Below, one piece after another: positions 35,300-47,814 of a DNA stretch of 64,000 nt. The stretch is from the NCBI RefSeq assembly GCF_902713425.1, contig NC_081212.1:9972261-10036260 (forward strand), read 5' to 3'. Each line of letters begins with the position of its first letter. The stretch's first letter is position 1. Origin of the DNA: Acipenser ruthenus. Its lineage: Eukaryota. The position numbers were made by a program, and so were the translations under genes. A model generated the notes under the pieces. It ran no database searches. It was not told the DNA's origin and saw nothing but the letters and a program-made list of their open reading frames with translations.

Positions 35300-35685
35300 A
35301 TATAACCCTCAAACAGAGTGTCCTGAGGGTGAGTACAATTAAAACGAGTGGAAGGACTTTCTCACACAGAGCACCACAGCTATGAAACACCCTTCCTACC
35401 TTTGTTAGGGAGGCTTGGACTGTTACAGCTTTTAAATGTAGGCTGAAGTCTACATTAGCCTTTCTATCGTAGTGTGCCTCTACTGTCTTTTTAAACATTG
35501 TTTTCCTGTATATTGTTTGTGTTTTTTGGATTGTATTTGATTATGAATTGTTGTTGCTGTACAGCACCTTGAGATGCCTTTGTGTAAGTGGTGCTTTATA
35601 ATTACATTTTGATTTGATGATGAGCAAGATTGTAAAAAATACTGAAGCTACTGCAAAGTAAAAAACAAAGTGCAGCCCTTTGAAA

Positions 35686-35725
<40 letters not shown>
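35300..35725 (+). mobile_element. LINE/SINE 3' UTR-type repeat with (AAAT)n tail, in PARP4 intron 3
   Basis: Tail GTACAGCACCTTGAGATGCCTTTGTGTAAGTGGTGCTTTATAA...(AAATAAAT)n. Same tail architecture as 18945-19020 and 63770-63850. Confidence 0.4.
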
Positions 35726-36144
35726 GAAGCCCTTTGCAAGCACAGAAATATATTTTTTCATCCTTTACACTTTTGTTCTCTTGGTGTTTGGTCATGAGGT
35801 AGCAGATTCCTTAAGCCTGGACTTTTCTGTACCTTAGCAATAAGATGAAATTCAGCGTACAGCCTGAAGTAGCATCTATCGTGCTTACCTACCGAAGAAA
35901 AAAAAGTGTGTAACTCCAAACAGAAACATTTGAATGTACCCTCCTGTACTTTAATATTAATAGGGTCATTTCCATTTGGAAGGACAATTTCTCAGGCTAA
36001 AATAAAACTTTACTTAAAAGATACAACCAAAATAGCGTGAGAAAAAGACTTTGTTTTCCATGGAAACACATGTAATACAAATCAGATCTGTTTTCAAATA
36101 ATTGATGTTTTAAATGTATTTATATTGTTTTTTTGTCATTTTAG

Positions 36145-36223
36145 AATTTATAGTGGTCGTGAAGGAAGTCTGCCTCACTTTCCTTCAGTTTTTGAAGTTG
36201 CCAAATATTCTCTTTTTAACAAG
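36145..36223 (+). CDS. PARP4: PARP4 coding exon 4
   Basis: RIYSGREGSLPHFPSVFEVAKYSLFNK aligns with human ...VEIPHLPQDFEVAKYNTLEK. Acceptor TTTTAG, donor AAG|GTAAAA. Confidence 0.8.
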
Positions 36224-37629
36224 GTAAAAATGCATGTTTATAAGTATATTTGTATTGTGAGATCAGCTTTATTAAAAAACAATAATAATAAATGTGGGTG
36301 TGATGCATATCTGATTATTTCATTTTGGCCTTCTCAAACCCTTGTCTGTTTTTCAGGGCACACAAACAAAAATACATTGCTGAAAGGACAGTTTTAAAAT
36401 AAGTAGACTACCGTTTAAATGTGTTGTAGTTGGTTTTGTGGCACAGCACTATATTTTAACAGAAATATTTGAATTCAAACTGATGTGGTTCTGAAAAATG
36501 TCACTTACCAAAACCGACAACTGTGGACACAGCCCAAATTTCACACCCTCAATTTGAGAAAAAAAATAAAACATCAAATAAATACAATTTTTTGCAAATA
36601 AATGCTACAAACGTGTCTATTAGGCATATTGGTGAAGCATGTTATATATTGGTAAATTAGCATGCCTGTATCCATGACTCCCACTGCTTTGAAATGGCTG
36701 CCTGTGTGTCATGGATGATTCGAGATCGGGCAGTAACGTTTTTGTTCCTCTTTTCTCGGCCGGTCAGTCACGTTCCTGTTTGTGTACTTGGACAGTCACG
36801 TCTTTTTTTAGCAATTTAAATACACCCATCACTATACTCGAAATTAAGACACAGGCCATTTTTTAAAAGAAAAAATTGGTTTAAAAAGTGTGTCTTAAAT
36901 TTGAAAGAATATGGCATGTAATGGGAATTTGATTTCATTCATTATACAAGGACGGTAAAACGTGGCTGATGTGTATCTGGGTAACGGATATCCGAGTGCT
37001 GACTGTATATTAAGTGTATCAGTGGACCACAACTCAATGAATTTAGAGTTAAAAAGCATCCATTTCCAACCAAGTGCTGTAAAGCTTTGCAACCATTGCA
37101 GAGCAGTCCATAGTGTTGTGGAGGGATTAATGGGCTTCACCTTAGTCAAAGTGAAAATCAAGTCTGAAAAGTAACAACAAGACTTTGGGTCCCCAGGTTG
37201 TCACCTGGTAAAGGCACAACCTCATGTCATGCAAGGCTAGTCTAGGCAGCTCAGCTGTGCACCTTGGCTATGATCTTTTCAGGGGATTCCACAGGGAGAG
37301 TTCATTTCTCTCTGGCACTCCAAAGACAGAATCATTAGCCACTGTTTTACTTCACTCTGCTAGAGCAAACCCTACTGGCCAGGACCTCAAAGCGGTAACC
37401 TGCAGTACTGGCCTTTGACCTCAAGGGGCAAATAGCTCTCAGACATCCTCTGTAGAGCTCATTGATGTAGGGGGACAATTGGCTTGGTGGCTGGATCGGT
37501 GGCCGTACACTGACCTTTAAATTCTAAGGTGCTGGGGGTGTTGCCATGATGAGGGAACATTCTAAGTCTGGGGTGATACAAACATGCATGCTTTCCTCAC
37601 TCTCTTTTCCTTGTGTACATCCATCCTAG

Positions 37630-37740
37630 GTCACTGCTGACAGTGAAGCCGGGGTTGTTGTAGAGCTACAATGCTCCATAGGAAACCCTGCGCTTCCTTT
37701 CTGTGTGTCTCGATACTGGGGGGAGTGGAATAACAGTAAG
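37630..37740 (+). CDS. PARP4: PARP4 coding exon 5
   Basis: VTADSEAGVVVELQCS... aligns with human VGMEGGQEAVVVELQCS.... Acceptor TCCTAG, donor AAG|GTCAGT. Confidence 0.7.
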
Positions 37741-39651
37741 GTCAGTGTCTTAATCTCATGTTAGTTAGTTAGTTGTTAGTTCAATGATGTGAATAGGGCC
37801 TGTTTTGTATTTGTGATCAAACAGTTTGTTGTAAATGGTTATTCTTTTTCAAATTTTGTCTTAATGACATATATCATCAAAGTTCATAATGGAGTAAATG
37901 GCGGCATTTACTGCTTTTGAGTTTGAATTATAAAGTTATGTTTTAAAAGTGCCCCTTAGTGATGAGCGATTATCACTTTTACAAGTCGATTCGATTATCG
38001 ATTCGATGTTTGAGAATAATCCTGATGACGATTGTGATTATCGATTATTCTAATAACATCATTCTTACAGGGGGAAAAGTCACAAAAAGGTTCCTGATTA
38101 AATGTTTTTTTTATTTCTAATTAAAAACTACAATAAAACATCAGTAACTTGTTTCAACAGCACTTTCAAACCTACAAAACATACACAATACATTATACTG
38201 AAGTCACTACTAAAGCAGCATAAGCAATATATAAACCATACCACTTCTCAGAAACCATTTTTAAACAAAGAAGAAAAGCACACACAGTCTGACAAAGCAC
38301 TCTCTTGCTCTCAACTGCCTGAAACCTTCTCTCAAGCTCTTTTGAATCTCTAACTCTGTAGGGTTGATAATGCTGCATAACAGAAAATAATAAAAATAAA
38401 TGGCTGGCAGTTGATTAACTTATTCAATATAACATAATACAAGAAAGAATGGCAACCTGAAACAAAATATTATAAAAATAATTGTTCGTTATTAATAATT
38501 ATTTTTTTATAATCTTTTGTTTCAGGTTACCATTCTTGTATGACGTTTCTTTTAATAATTACTAATTACTAAATCAAATGTAATACAAGAAATAGTAATT
38601 TGAAAGATTTTGTTTATTATTTAAAAAAAAAAAAAAAGTAATTTCTTAACCTGCCTCGCTGACTAAACTAAAATGAGAAACCGAGTCAACAATAACAGAT
38701 ACCTACAACTGAAAGTCCCAGTAAAACAGTACAATAACTTTGGGTAGGTGTGGCAAAGTGGTTTGTTGTGCACAGGTGTAGAGGTGATGCAGTGCTCAGG
38801 AATGATTTGAAACAACACAGTTCACGGTTAAACAGCTCTTTATTTGCTGGTAAATAATAATAACTGGCTCTACACACCAAGCTGTATCGCTCAGTTAAAC
38901 CACGGGATTCAATCCTGAAATATGCAGTAATAATAACACACAACACAGACATGATCACTTATCCAAACAGTGAGTGCTCCTTGTGCAGGTGGTGCTATAC
39001 AGCAGTTGTGAAACACAGTGGTGCAGTGTAGTCCGGGTTCGGTGCTGGCCTTTAGCGACAGCTCCCGGCTGACACGAAACACTCACGGTTATATCTGTAA
39101 TCATTTTACTGGTCTGTCCTTGGCCATAACAAAGGAACAGATCGCTCGGCCACATCCCCTGATCTACCTTCAGTCACGCCCCCTTTGGTAGCGAGTGCAA
39201 TTACGTCTCCTCCAATCCATGACTGATACATCGCCTACCGCAGTAAGGCGCTGACTTCTAGTATTGTGGCTTCTCCCCCTTTCTGGATGGCCGACTTCCG
39301 ACTGACCCTGGAATTAACTTTCAAACCATCCAGTCCGGGGCACACTGTTCCTGTTATACTGTGCCCTCACAGGTCGGGAGGGAGATTGTTGACTCGGATT
39401 CATTCGCGCTCTGTCACAGTAGGTCACTTATAAATACATATTTATATCAACATCCTTGAACCTTCGGTTTCAAGGGTGATTGATCTGACATGGACATATC
39501 ATTTAATGTCTGCCGCTTTTGTCTTGCTGAATGAAACGACATTAATTAGGTTATTGATAAGTGTAAAGAAAATAAAAATAGTTTGTATTCATGAACTTGC
39601 AGTATTTCAACACTCGCTCACCTTCAGTCTCTGACAAGTATTTATAACGAA

Positions 39652-40053
39652 GATCTGATACTGCGCTACGCTGCCTGTGTGAAGAGTTCTGATACTGCAC
39701 TACCCTGCCTGTGTGAAGAGTTCTGATACTGCACTACCCTGCCTGTGTGAAGAGTTCTGATACTGCACTACCCTGCCTGTGTGAAGAGTTCTGATACTGC
39801 GCTACCCTGCCTGTGTGAAGAGTTCTGATACTGCGCTACGCTGCCTGTGTAAAGAGTTCTGATACTGCGCTATGTTGCCTGTGTGAAGAGTTCTGATACT
39901 GCGCTACGCTGCCTGTGTGAAGAGTTCTGATACTGCACTACGCTGCCTGTATGAAGAGTTCTGATACTGCGCTACCCTGCCTGTGTGAAGAGTTCTGATA
40001 CTGCGCTATGCTGCCTGTGTAAAGAGTTCTGATACTGCGCTACGCTGCCTGTA
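39652..40053. repeat. 34-bp minisatellite, about 12 copies, in PARP4 intron 5
   Basis: TTCTGATACTGC[G/A]CTAC[G/C]CTGCCTGTGTGAAGAG units with alternating variants. The copies are contiguous with no unique spacers. Confidence 0.95.
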
Positions 40054-40843
40054 TGGTTTTGTTCATGACACGGACACCGTTTTGTACGCATTATGGGAGC
40101 TTTAACAGGAGGACAGGGCTCGAGGTTAATCCAAAGTGCTGGAATGCGGAAATAACTTTTATGATGAGTGACCATAAGGAAAACATGAAGTTTTATAATA
40201 TAATAATCAATCGAAAGTGTGCAGTTTATTAATCGTGAAGTTTTATAGTTTTAATAATCAATTGGAATTATGCAGTTTATTAATCATTAGAAGTCATTTT
40301 CGGTATTTAATTTAATAAACGGTAATTAACCATATTTTTGATTAATCGCTCATCACTAGTGCCCGTAAAATTTGGAGTACAAACATGCAGAATTACAAAT
40401 GCCGATTCCATTTACACTCTACATATCGTAACGCTTTTTATATTTTTGCCAACATACAATTGCCATTGTTATTGCAAATTTATGGATTTTAGTACTGATT
40501 AATTCTGTATTAGAAATATTAATTAATATTTGGAGATATGAATTTGGTTTGCAATACAATCCACAGAGAGTTTGTTTGTTTTGATGCAGTGTTTACAGGT
40601 AGGGTACTCTACTTTGATGCAGTGTTTACAGGGAGGGTACCCTATTAGTGGTTGGTTGTGTGGGAAAGGAGGAAACACTGCCTAATTTAGGAAAGCCACA
40701 ACAAGAACCTGTGCTTTAGGCCAATGATTACCAGCTGTATATTTTCATGTATAAAGAAAGGAATAATCTCATTTAAAAGGAAGAAATGGTGAACATATTT
40801 GAAAATAAATGCTAGTCAGTTAACCCCACAATTTCTTTTGCAG

Positions 40844-41002
40844 GTGATGCAGATGTGGAAAGACTTGATATTCGCCCCCACTTCAGAGGAAGCTGTAAAG
40901 GCCTATGAGCTTTTTATAAAGGATCTTCAAGATAAGGATTTCCAGCAGCAGACAAAATTGTCAACAGAACTGAATCTTCTAGCTTCTGAGAAAGTTAAGA
41001 AG
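40844..41002 (+). CDS. PARP4: PARP4 coding exon 6
   Basis: VMQMWKDLIFAPTSEEAVKAYELFIKDLQDKDF...LLASEKVKK aligns with human METRRQFAIKKTSEDASEYFENYIEELKKQGF...LASEQLQA. Confidence 0.75.
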
Positions 41003-42089
41003 GTCTGCATTAGAATACAAGTTAGACATGCTTGACATTCTAAGCAAATCATACCTAATTATAATGTAAGACGTTTGGGGAGGGGGGGAACGTAGTTGGA
41101 CTGGCCATGGGGGGGAGGAGGGGTGGAGTGGAGTTATACTGTACAATGTTATATTGATAATGACAAACAAGGCCATCTTTTGGCTGAGATCTTTAGGCCA
41201 CCCAGTTGTCAAGAAATTGGCTTTTTCAGTCCTTTCAAAAGGCGGTAGGATTAGCACTGAAACTTGGTATGCAGTAGAAGGGCTTTAAAATAGAGGCTGG
41301 CATGTATGCAGTTGTAGTAAAAAGCTTTGAAAGCCAACCTCACTGGAAAATTATTATTAGTCTGGATGAAGCCATCTTGCCCCTCTCTTACAAACTGAAC
41401 ATTCTGTCTAATGTGAGGCAAATGTATTTATTGTGTTTTATGAGGTTTTCAGTGGTCCACCACAAATACAGGTATTGAAAGTAGAAATACAGACCTTGTT
41501 ATTTTAGTGGGATCGACATTTCTTACCCAGTTGTGAACATATATTTGTACTTCCAACATGTGAGACATTGTACTTCTAGAACCACTCAATTTAACAGTAT
41601 CTTCATGCCTGGTGTTCCACTCAGTGCTTGAGCGTGCTTGTTTAATAGATAAAGAAAAATAATCGACTACTTGATATTAGCAATACTTTCAGAAACATCT
41701 TAAACATCAACTATCACCTGCCCATGTTTAGACAACAAATATCTTTAAAAGAATTTAAACTGCTTAATGGCTGCTTTTGTATTATGTATATACTGTTTAA
41801 ATATTTAAATGGTCTGATTGTGGCAGTTGTATGTGTGACATGCTATACAAATCCATTGTGGTTTGTTCTTTTTTTCTGCTATGTACTGCACAGTGTTTTG
41901 CGATGCTTTGTATAAAAAGCGCTATATAACTGCAATAAATAAAATAAATAAAATAGTACAGAACTAAGGACAAAGTGTTCCTTTGTCTAACAAGACCAGA
42001 CAGACCTGTATAATAATATAATAGGTGAAAATCAACTCTTAACTCTTTTGCCAAGTTACCAGTAATTCCTAATGTCTTTAATGTGGCAG

Positions 42090-42227
42090 CTACTTCTTGA
42101 AGAAGCTCTGAGCAGCAGCAGCATCTCCCAGGAAGTCACTGTTTTTGTGGAGTTGATCTGGACCGAAGCCCTTGGTTGCTTTGATGATGTGCTTGCCAGT
42201 CCTGTCAATAGCATCAGTCCCAATGAT
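42090..42227 (+). CDS. PARP4: PARP4 coding exon 7
   Basis: LLLEEALSSSSISQEVTVFVELIWTEALGCFDDVLASPVNSISPND aligns with human LLLEEVMNSSTLSQEVSDLVEMIWAEALGHLEHMLLKPVNRISLND. Donor GAT|GTAAGT. Confidence 0.85.
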
Positions 42228-42534
42228 GTAAGTTTACTTTATATACTAAACTTACATAGTTCTGTGAGTAATGACAATTCTAAACCTAACTTGGTTTTAA
42301 TAGTAAGATCTATCTGTAAAAAGCCTGAATGGCAAAGTGTAAAATTCATTCAGAATTTATTTTGAAATAATGTGAAACAAATACGTTAGCATATCTCTAC
42401 AGTTAAACTATCTGTTATGGTATCCATCTACATATCGGCACATGCTTTTGTTTTGTGACTCTCCCTAATGTTCAGTTCATGTGCTATGCTCTCTGTTTAT
42501 GTGCCTATTAATTTTGTCCACTGATTGTTTTCCA

Positions 42535-42765
42535 TTTGGTATGGCAATAGAAGATGTATGGGAATGTTTGAGTTTGATGCTTTGAGGTGGGTAGTGTTTG
42601 AAAGCATGGCTTTCTACACACAGTGTGTCATACCCCTCCTCAGGTGAGCAGGGCGGATGTATGGGAATGTTTATGAGTTTGACGCTTTGAGGTGGGTAGT
42701 GTTTGAAAGCATGGCTTTCTACACACAGTGTGTCATACCCCTCCTCAGGTGAGCAGGGCCGAAGG
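42535..42765. repeat. Tandem duplication (2 x about 112 bp) that duplicates the exon 8 splice acceptor
   Basis: GATGTATGGGAATGTTT..GAGTTTGA.GCTTTGAGGTGGGTAGTGTTTGAAAGCATGGCTTTCTACACACAGTGTGTCATACCCCTCCTCAGGTGAGCAGGGC occurs twice. The second copy supplies the functional acceptor. Confidence 0.9.
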
Positions 42766-42922
42766 CATTCTCCTGCAGGCACGGAAAGCCATGGATGAAG
42801 GAGTTGATCAGAACGGGTTAAGAGGCATCATGTCCGAGTTCTACACAATCCTGCAACATAAACACAGGATGGACTTCAACATTACCAAGAAGATGATCTC
42901 TACAAAACTTGACCTCTGCCAG
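42749..42922 (+). CDS. PARP4: PARP4 coding exon 8
   Basis: VSRAEGILLQARKAMDEG...FYTILQHK...LDLCQ aligns with human VSKAEGILLLVKAALKNG...FYRLIPHK...ADLCQ. Confidence 0.85.
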
Positions 42923-43032
42923 GTACATTCTTTTCCTGATTTGCCAGACAAAAAGCTGTTATAAAGACTGAATCCAATTACCAGACCTCTTTTTAAGAGT
43001 AGATACAATGAAACAATCTTGAAAATGTAAAA

Positions 43033-43270
43033 TTGATCAGACTCCTTCTCTTGTTGTGTGTGCTGAGCAGTATTGATCAGACTCCTTCTCTTCTTGTGTG
43101 TGCTGAGCAGTATTGATCAGACTCCTTCTCTTGTTGTGTGTGCTGAGCAGTATTGATCAGACTCCTTCTCTTCTTGTGTGTGCTGAGCAGTATTGATCAG
43201 ACTCCTTCTCTTCTTGTGTGTGCTGAGCAGTATTGATCAGACTCCTTCTCTTCTTGTATGTGCTGAGCAG
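43033..43270. repeat. 40-bp minisatellite, about 6 copies, just downstream of exon 8
   Basis: TATTGATCAGACTCCTTCTCTT[G/C]TTGTGTGTGCTGAGCAG units. Confidence 0.95.
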
Positions 43271-43331
43271 TTATTTTACTGTGCATTGCATTCTGTGGTC
43301 TTGTCTATCTTTGCCCTGTGCTTTCCTGTAG

Positions 43332-43492
43332 TTAATTCGAGACATTGTCAATGCAAGTGAAGCCACTCTATGGAGCCCCACACCGTCTTCGCTTGCTAAA
43401 TACCAGGCTCTGAGGTGCAGTGTGGAGCATGTAGCCCCAAACACCGAAGAGTTTTCTACCATTAAGGAGCTTCTAATGCATAGGAATGAAAG
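43332..43492 (+). CDS. PARP4: PARP4 coding exon 9
   Basis: LIRDIVNASEATLWSPTPSSLAKYQALRCSVEHVAPNTEEF aligns with human LIRDMVNVCETNLSKPNPPSLAKYRALRCKIEHVEQNTEEF. Donor AAG|GTAAAG. Confidence 0.85.
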
Positions 43493-44405
43493 GTAAAGTT
43501 AATATATTTTCCAAACATATATTATATCTACAGTGTGTGTGTGTGTATATATATTCCATGTTGCCATGGAATATATGTAGTTCTGCTGAGGGCAGCGACC
43601 ACATTTACGCGGGAGGTGGTACTCCCACACCATCTCCCCAGCAATAAAGGGCCTTCCCCTCACCTGAATATCATAATGCCAGATATTATTGTGTGATAAT
43701 AGCCTAAGAAATCCACTACCCTAGATTTGGTTTAGATTAGCTATCTCTAACTTGCAGTTGTTGCTACTATGAGGTGTGACACACTGAGAATGTGATAATC
43801 AATCCCAGCAGATATATCAGTCATGTGTGTGTGTGAATTTTTTCAGCTCATAAACAGAACAAAACCACAACAGTGAAATAGCTTGCTTTTAGTTTGCATT
43901 TAAAACCGTTATAAACAGAAATGGATGATCGTGAGCAAGCAAAAAGTCGTCAATCAGCAATCTTCATTTTGTTTTGTAAACTGCTTGGTCTTTCCCATGA
44001 TCCCAGCATTTTTTTGCTTGCTCATCATTGAAGATGAGGATTATAATAACTGGTCCAGGGATGAAGATGCTGCTGCATTCAAAGGAATCCCTTTTATAAT
44101 TAGACATCTTTCCCACTTCTTCAGTTGTTCAAAACTCATAAACCATTTCAGATATAGACTTCATATTTTTAATGTTAATGGAAATTCTTCTTGCAAAATC
44201 GAATAGTTCTCTTCACTTAAACTTGAGGTCATGTGACTTTTTATGCCACACACTTTACATTGGGTACACTGCTGTCTTCTGTTTCCCTCATACTCTTTCG
44301 TGTTGAAATGCTTCTACACATTATATAGACTAACTTTTATGTTTGATTCAAAATGATGGTGTAAAAGATGCATTTTTAAAAGTGATCGATATTATTTCCG
44401 GTCAG

Positions 44406-44543
44406 TCTGACTTCAGTGAGGATCCATCAGATATTCCGCATTGGCAGAGTGAATGAGATGTTAGACTTCCAGAGCCAGCTTGGCAATGTCCAGCCACTGT
44501 TCCACGCCTCCTCTGCTAGCAGCTTCGTTGGTATTCTGTCCAG
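44406..44543 (+). CDS. PARP4: PARP4 coding exon 10 (start of PARP catalytic domain; H of the H-Y-E triad)
   Basis: IHQIFRIGRVNEMLDFQSQLGNVQPLFHASSASSFVGILSR aligns with human VLQIFRVGRVNETTEFLSKLGNVRPLLHGSPVQNIVGILCR. Donor CAG|GTGAGT. Confidence 0.85.
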
Positions 44544-44780
44544 GTGAGTGCAGTCTTCTCATAACCTCCTGCCAGGAATCCCCCATGTACAGTATATGGC
44601 TGTTTTTGGAATTCAAACAAAATACCAACCACACATAGAAAATTGCTAAAATGAAAAAGGTAATTTTTGGTATTCTGGCTCACTTTATTGAAACATTTAT
44701 CTATTTATTAACTTCAGTTGCTTTGTGTGTCCAGCCCCTGAAAACATGTTGATTTATTAAGCAGTATAATAATAATAAGA

Positions 44781-44827
<47 letters not shown>

Positions 44828-45358
44828 GAAAGACTTCACCTTCTCGGGTTCGTTGCCCCTTTAAAAATTGACCCAGCACACAGAAATGGATTTTCAGAGC
44901 GTGGTTGCGCTAATTTTAATAAACACAAAATCAAAACACACAAAACCAAATAAACACCTAGCTCTTATCGAGCACTAACTACACACGCAGGAACCTAACT
45001 AACGCAGGACGGCTAAGCCGTTTCCCTGCCCCAAAACTTAATTAAACCACACAGGTTTGCACCGTACCTTTTCATCCGACTGCTCGGAAGCAGAGCATCT
45101 TCTCTGCCTCCCTCTCCTCAGCAGCCCTGAGCAGACTGACTGCTCTCCTTTTAAACTGCCCGCACCTGGGTCTAATTTCCAATAACGCCCAGGTGCGGAT
45201 GATCATTAATAATAAAACAATTACACAAAACAATAAAGCAATTAGCCAACTAAATTAAACCAATGTGCATTCGCACATCTTTTCTCTCTCGCAGGGAGGT
45301 TTTAACCCCCTCCCTGCTGTCTCACTCCACCTGCTTCCTCACAATATCTATAAATATA

Positions 45359-46949
45359 TACAGTGCCTTGCAAAAGTATTCAGACCCCTGACCAATTCTC
45401 TCATATTACTGGATTACAAATGGTACACTGAAATTTCTTTCTGTTTGATACTTAATTTTAAAACACTGAAACTCAAAATCAATTATTGTAAGGTGACATT
45501 GGTTTTATGTTGGGAAATATTTTTAAGAAAAATAAAAAACTGAAATATCTTGCTTGCCTAAGTATTCAACCCCTGTGCTGTGGAAGCTCCCAGTTTACAA
45601 CGATGAAAGAAATTGCCCTAACGAGGACACAATTACCTTACCATTGGCCTCCACCTGTGAACCATTAAAGTTGCTGTCACATTTTCTGGATAAAAACCCC
45701 ACTGTTGAAGGATCATTGGTCAGGCTGTGAATCTGAAGGAAAATGAAGACCAAAGAGCATTCTACAGAAGTTAGAGATAAAGTAATACAAATGCATAGAT
45801 TAGGGAAAGGGTATGAAATAATATCCAAGTGTTTGGATATCCCAGTGAGCACAGTTGGATCAATAATCAGGAAGTGGAAGCTGCATCACAATACCCAGGC
45901 ACTGCCAAGAAAAGGCCGTCCCTCAAAACTCAGCGCTTAAACAAGCGCTGAGAGAAGCCACAGAGAGGCCAACAATCACTTTGAAGGAGCTACAGAGTTC
46001 AGTGGCTGGGAGTGGAGTAATGGTGCACCAGTCAACCATATCAAGAGCTCTGCATAACACTGGCCTGTATGGGAGGGTGGCAAGAAAGAAGCCGTTACTC
46101 AAAAAGTACCATCTGAAAGCACGTCTGGAGTTTGCCAGAAAACATGAGAGTGACCCAGCTGTGGGAAAAGGTTTTGTGGTCAGATGAGACCAAGATAGAG
46201 CTTTTTGGCCAAAACTCAAAGCGTTATGTGTGGTGCAAACCTAACACTGCCCATGCCTCAAGACACACCATCCCTACAGTGAAGTATGGTGGTGGCAGCA
46301 TCATGCTGTGGGGATGCTTCTCATCAGCAGGGACTGGGCATCTTGTTAAAATTGAAGGAAGAATGGATGGAGCAAAATACAGGGAAATACTGCAAGAGAA
46401 CCTGCTTCAGTCCGCTAAAAAACTGATGAAAAACAATGATCCCAAGCACAAGGCCAAAGCAACATTGGAGTGGCTCAAGAACAAAAAGGTGAATGTCCTA
46501 CAGTGGCCCAGTCAAAGTCCTGATCTCAATCCCATTGAGAATCTGTGGCACTATTTGAAAATTGCGGTCCACAAGCATCGTCCAACCAACCTGAACAACC
46601 TGGAGCAAATCTGCCAAGAAGAATGGGCCAAAATCACTCCGACACTGTGTGCAAAGCTGGTACATACTTAACCCAAAAGACTTAAAGCTGTTATTGCAGC
46701 GAAAGGTGGCTGTACCAAATATTAATGTGTGGGGGTTGAATACTTATGCAAGCAAGATATTTCAGTTTTTTATTTTTCTTAAAAATATTTCCCAACATAA
46801 AACCAATGTCACCTTTACAATAATTGATTTTGAGTTTCAGTGTTTTAAAATAAAATATCAAACAGAACAAAATTTCAATGTACCATTTGTAATTCAGTAA
46901 TATGAGAGAATTGGTCAGGGGTCTGAATACTTTTGCAAGGCACTGTGTG
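45359..46949 (+). mobile_element. Tc1-like DNA transposon with roughly 200-bp terminal inverted repeats and a frameshifted transposase (pseudogene)
   Basis: IRs TACAGTGCCTTGCAAAAGTATTCAGACCCCTGACCAATTCTCTCATATTACTG... at 45359 and its reverse complement ending at 46947. The transposase is split over three frames (45743-45940, 45981-46187, 46132-46671) with the DDE catalytic residues present. Confidence 0.9.
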
Positions 46950-46998
46950 TATATATATATATATATATAAAATTGCACGTATTCCTTTATTTTTACAG

Positions 46999-47097
46999 GG
47001 GACTTCTTTTGCCAAAAGTTGCGGTTGAACAACATGGCATTGATAGGACGGATATTGGTAACCTTGGATGTGGCATTTACTTCAGCAATGCATTGAG
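46999..47097 (+). CDS. PARP4: PARP4 coding exon 11 (catalytic domain; Y of H-Y-E)
   Basis: GLLLPKVAVEQHGIDRTDIGNLGCGIYFSNAL aligns with human GLLLPKVVEDRGVQRTDVGNLGSGIYFSDSL. Confidence 0.85.
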
Positions 47098-47188
47098 GTC
47101 TGGAATTATTATCATTTTTTTAATTGGTATATTTTCTTGGTCATATTTCTGTTAGTTTTTTGTTATTTTTTTGAATGATTTCTTACAG

Positions 47189-47372
47189 CACAATTCTCAA
47201 GTATTCAAAGCCTAGTGAAAGTGATGGCACGCGGCTCCTGGTGGTTTGTGACATCGCTCTCGGTGAGTGCAAGCACCTGCACAAGAAAGATTTCACCTTG
47301 GCATCTGCGCCAGCCGGGTACAGCAGTGTGCTCGGAGTGCGGCAGACTGCAGACGTTGCTTCGGAATTCCAG
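47189..47372 (+). CDS. PARP4: PARP4 coding exon 12 (catalytic domain)
   Basis: STILKYSKPSESDGTRLLVVCDIALGECKHLHKKDFTLASAPAGYSSVLGV... aligns with human STSIKYSHPGETDGTRLLLICDVALGKCMDLHEKDFSLTEAPPGYDSVHGV.... Donor CAG|GTACTG. Confidence 0.85.
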
Positions 47373-47814
47373 GTACTGTAATCAGCGTACCTTAGAAGAA
47401 TTCGTTTTTTATGGTCATTTATTTAAAGCTGTTCATGAAGGAAATGTGTTGAATGCTCAATGCAATGTTACGCTTCCTGTAAACTCAGAGATGCCGCTTG
47501 AAGGAGCCATGTCCCCATTTAAAATAAGCCAGTCATAGGAAAAGCAGTGATTGGTACTCAAATGCGAGCCAATGTGTCTGGCTTCTGGGAGGGAGTTCTT
47601 TAAAAGAAAATACATGGCAAACATTTGGAATGTTTTGTTTTTAAAGTTTTTTTTTTTTTTTTTTTTCTGGAGAAATGTATATTTAAAAAAAGTGCTTGGG
47701 AAGAGTCCTTGTCTAAAAAAATTAAGCATTTAGAAACTCTCAAACTCCCAGAAGCAACTCCTCTGTATCGGATGCATTGCTTCAGTGGGATGTGCAGCAT
47801 AGGAAAGAGTGCAA

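Noticed and set aside
39652-40053. Regular 34-bp repeats resembling a CRISPR array
   Set aside because: This is a eukaryotic intron. The units are contiguous with no unique spacers, just two alternating variants, and there are no cas genes. It is a minisatellite.
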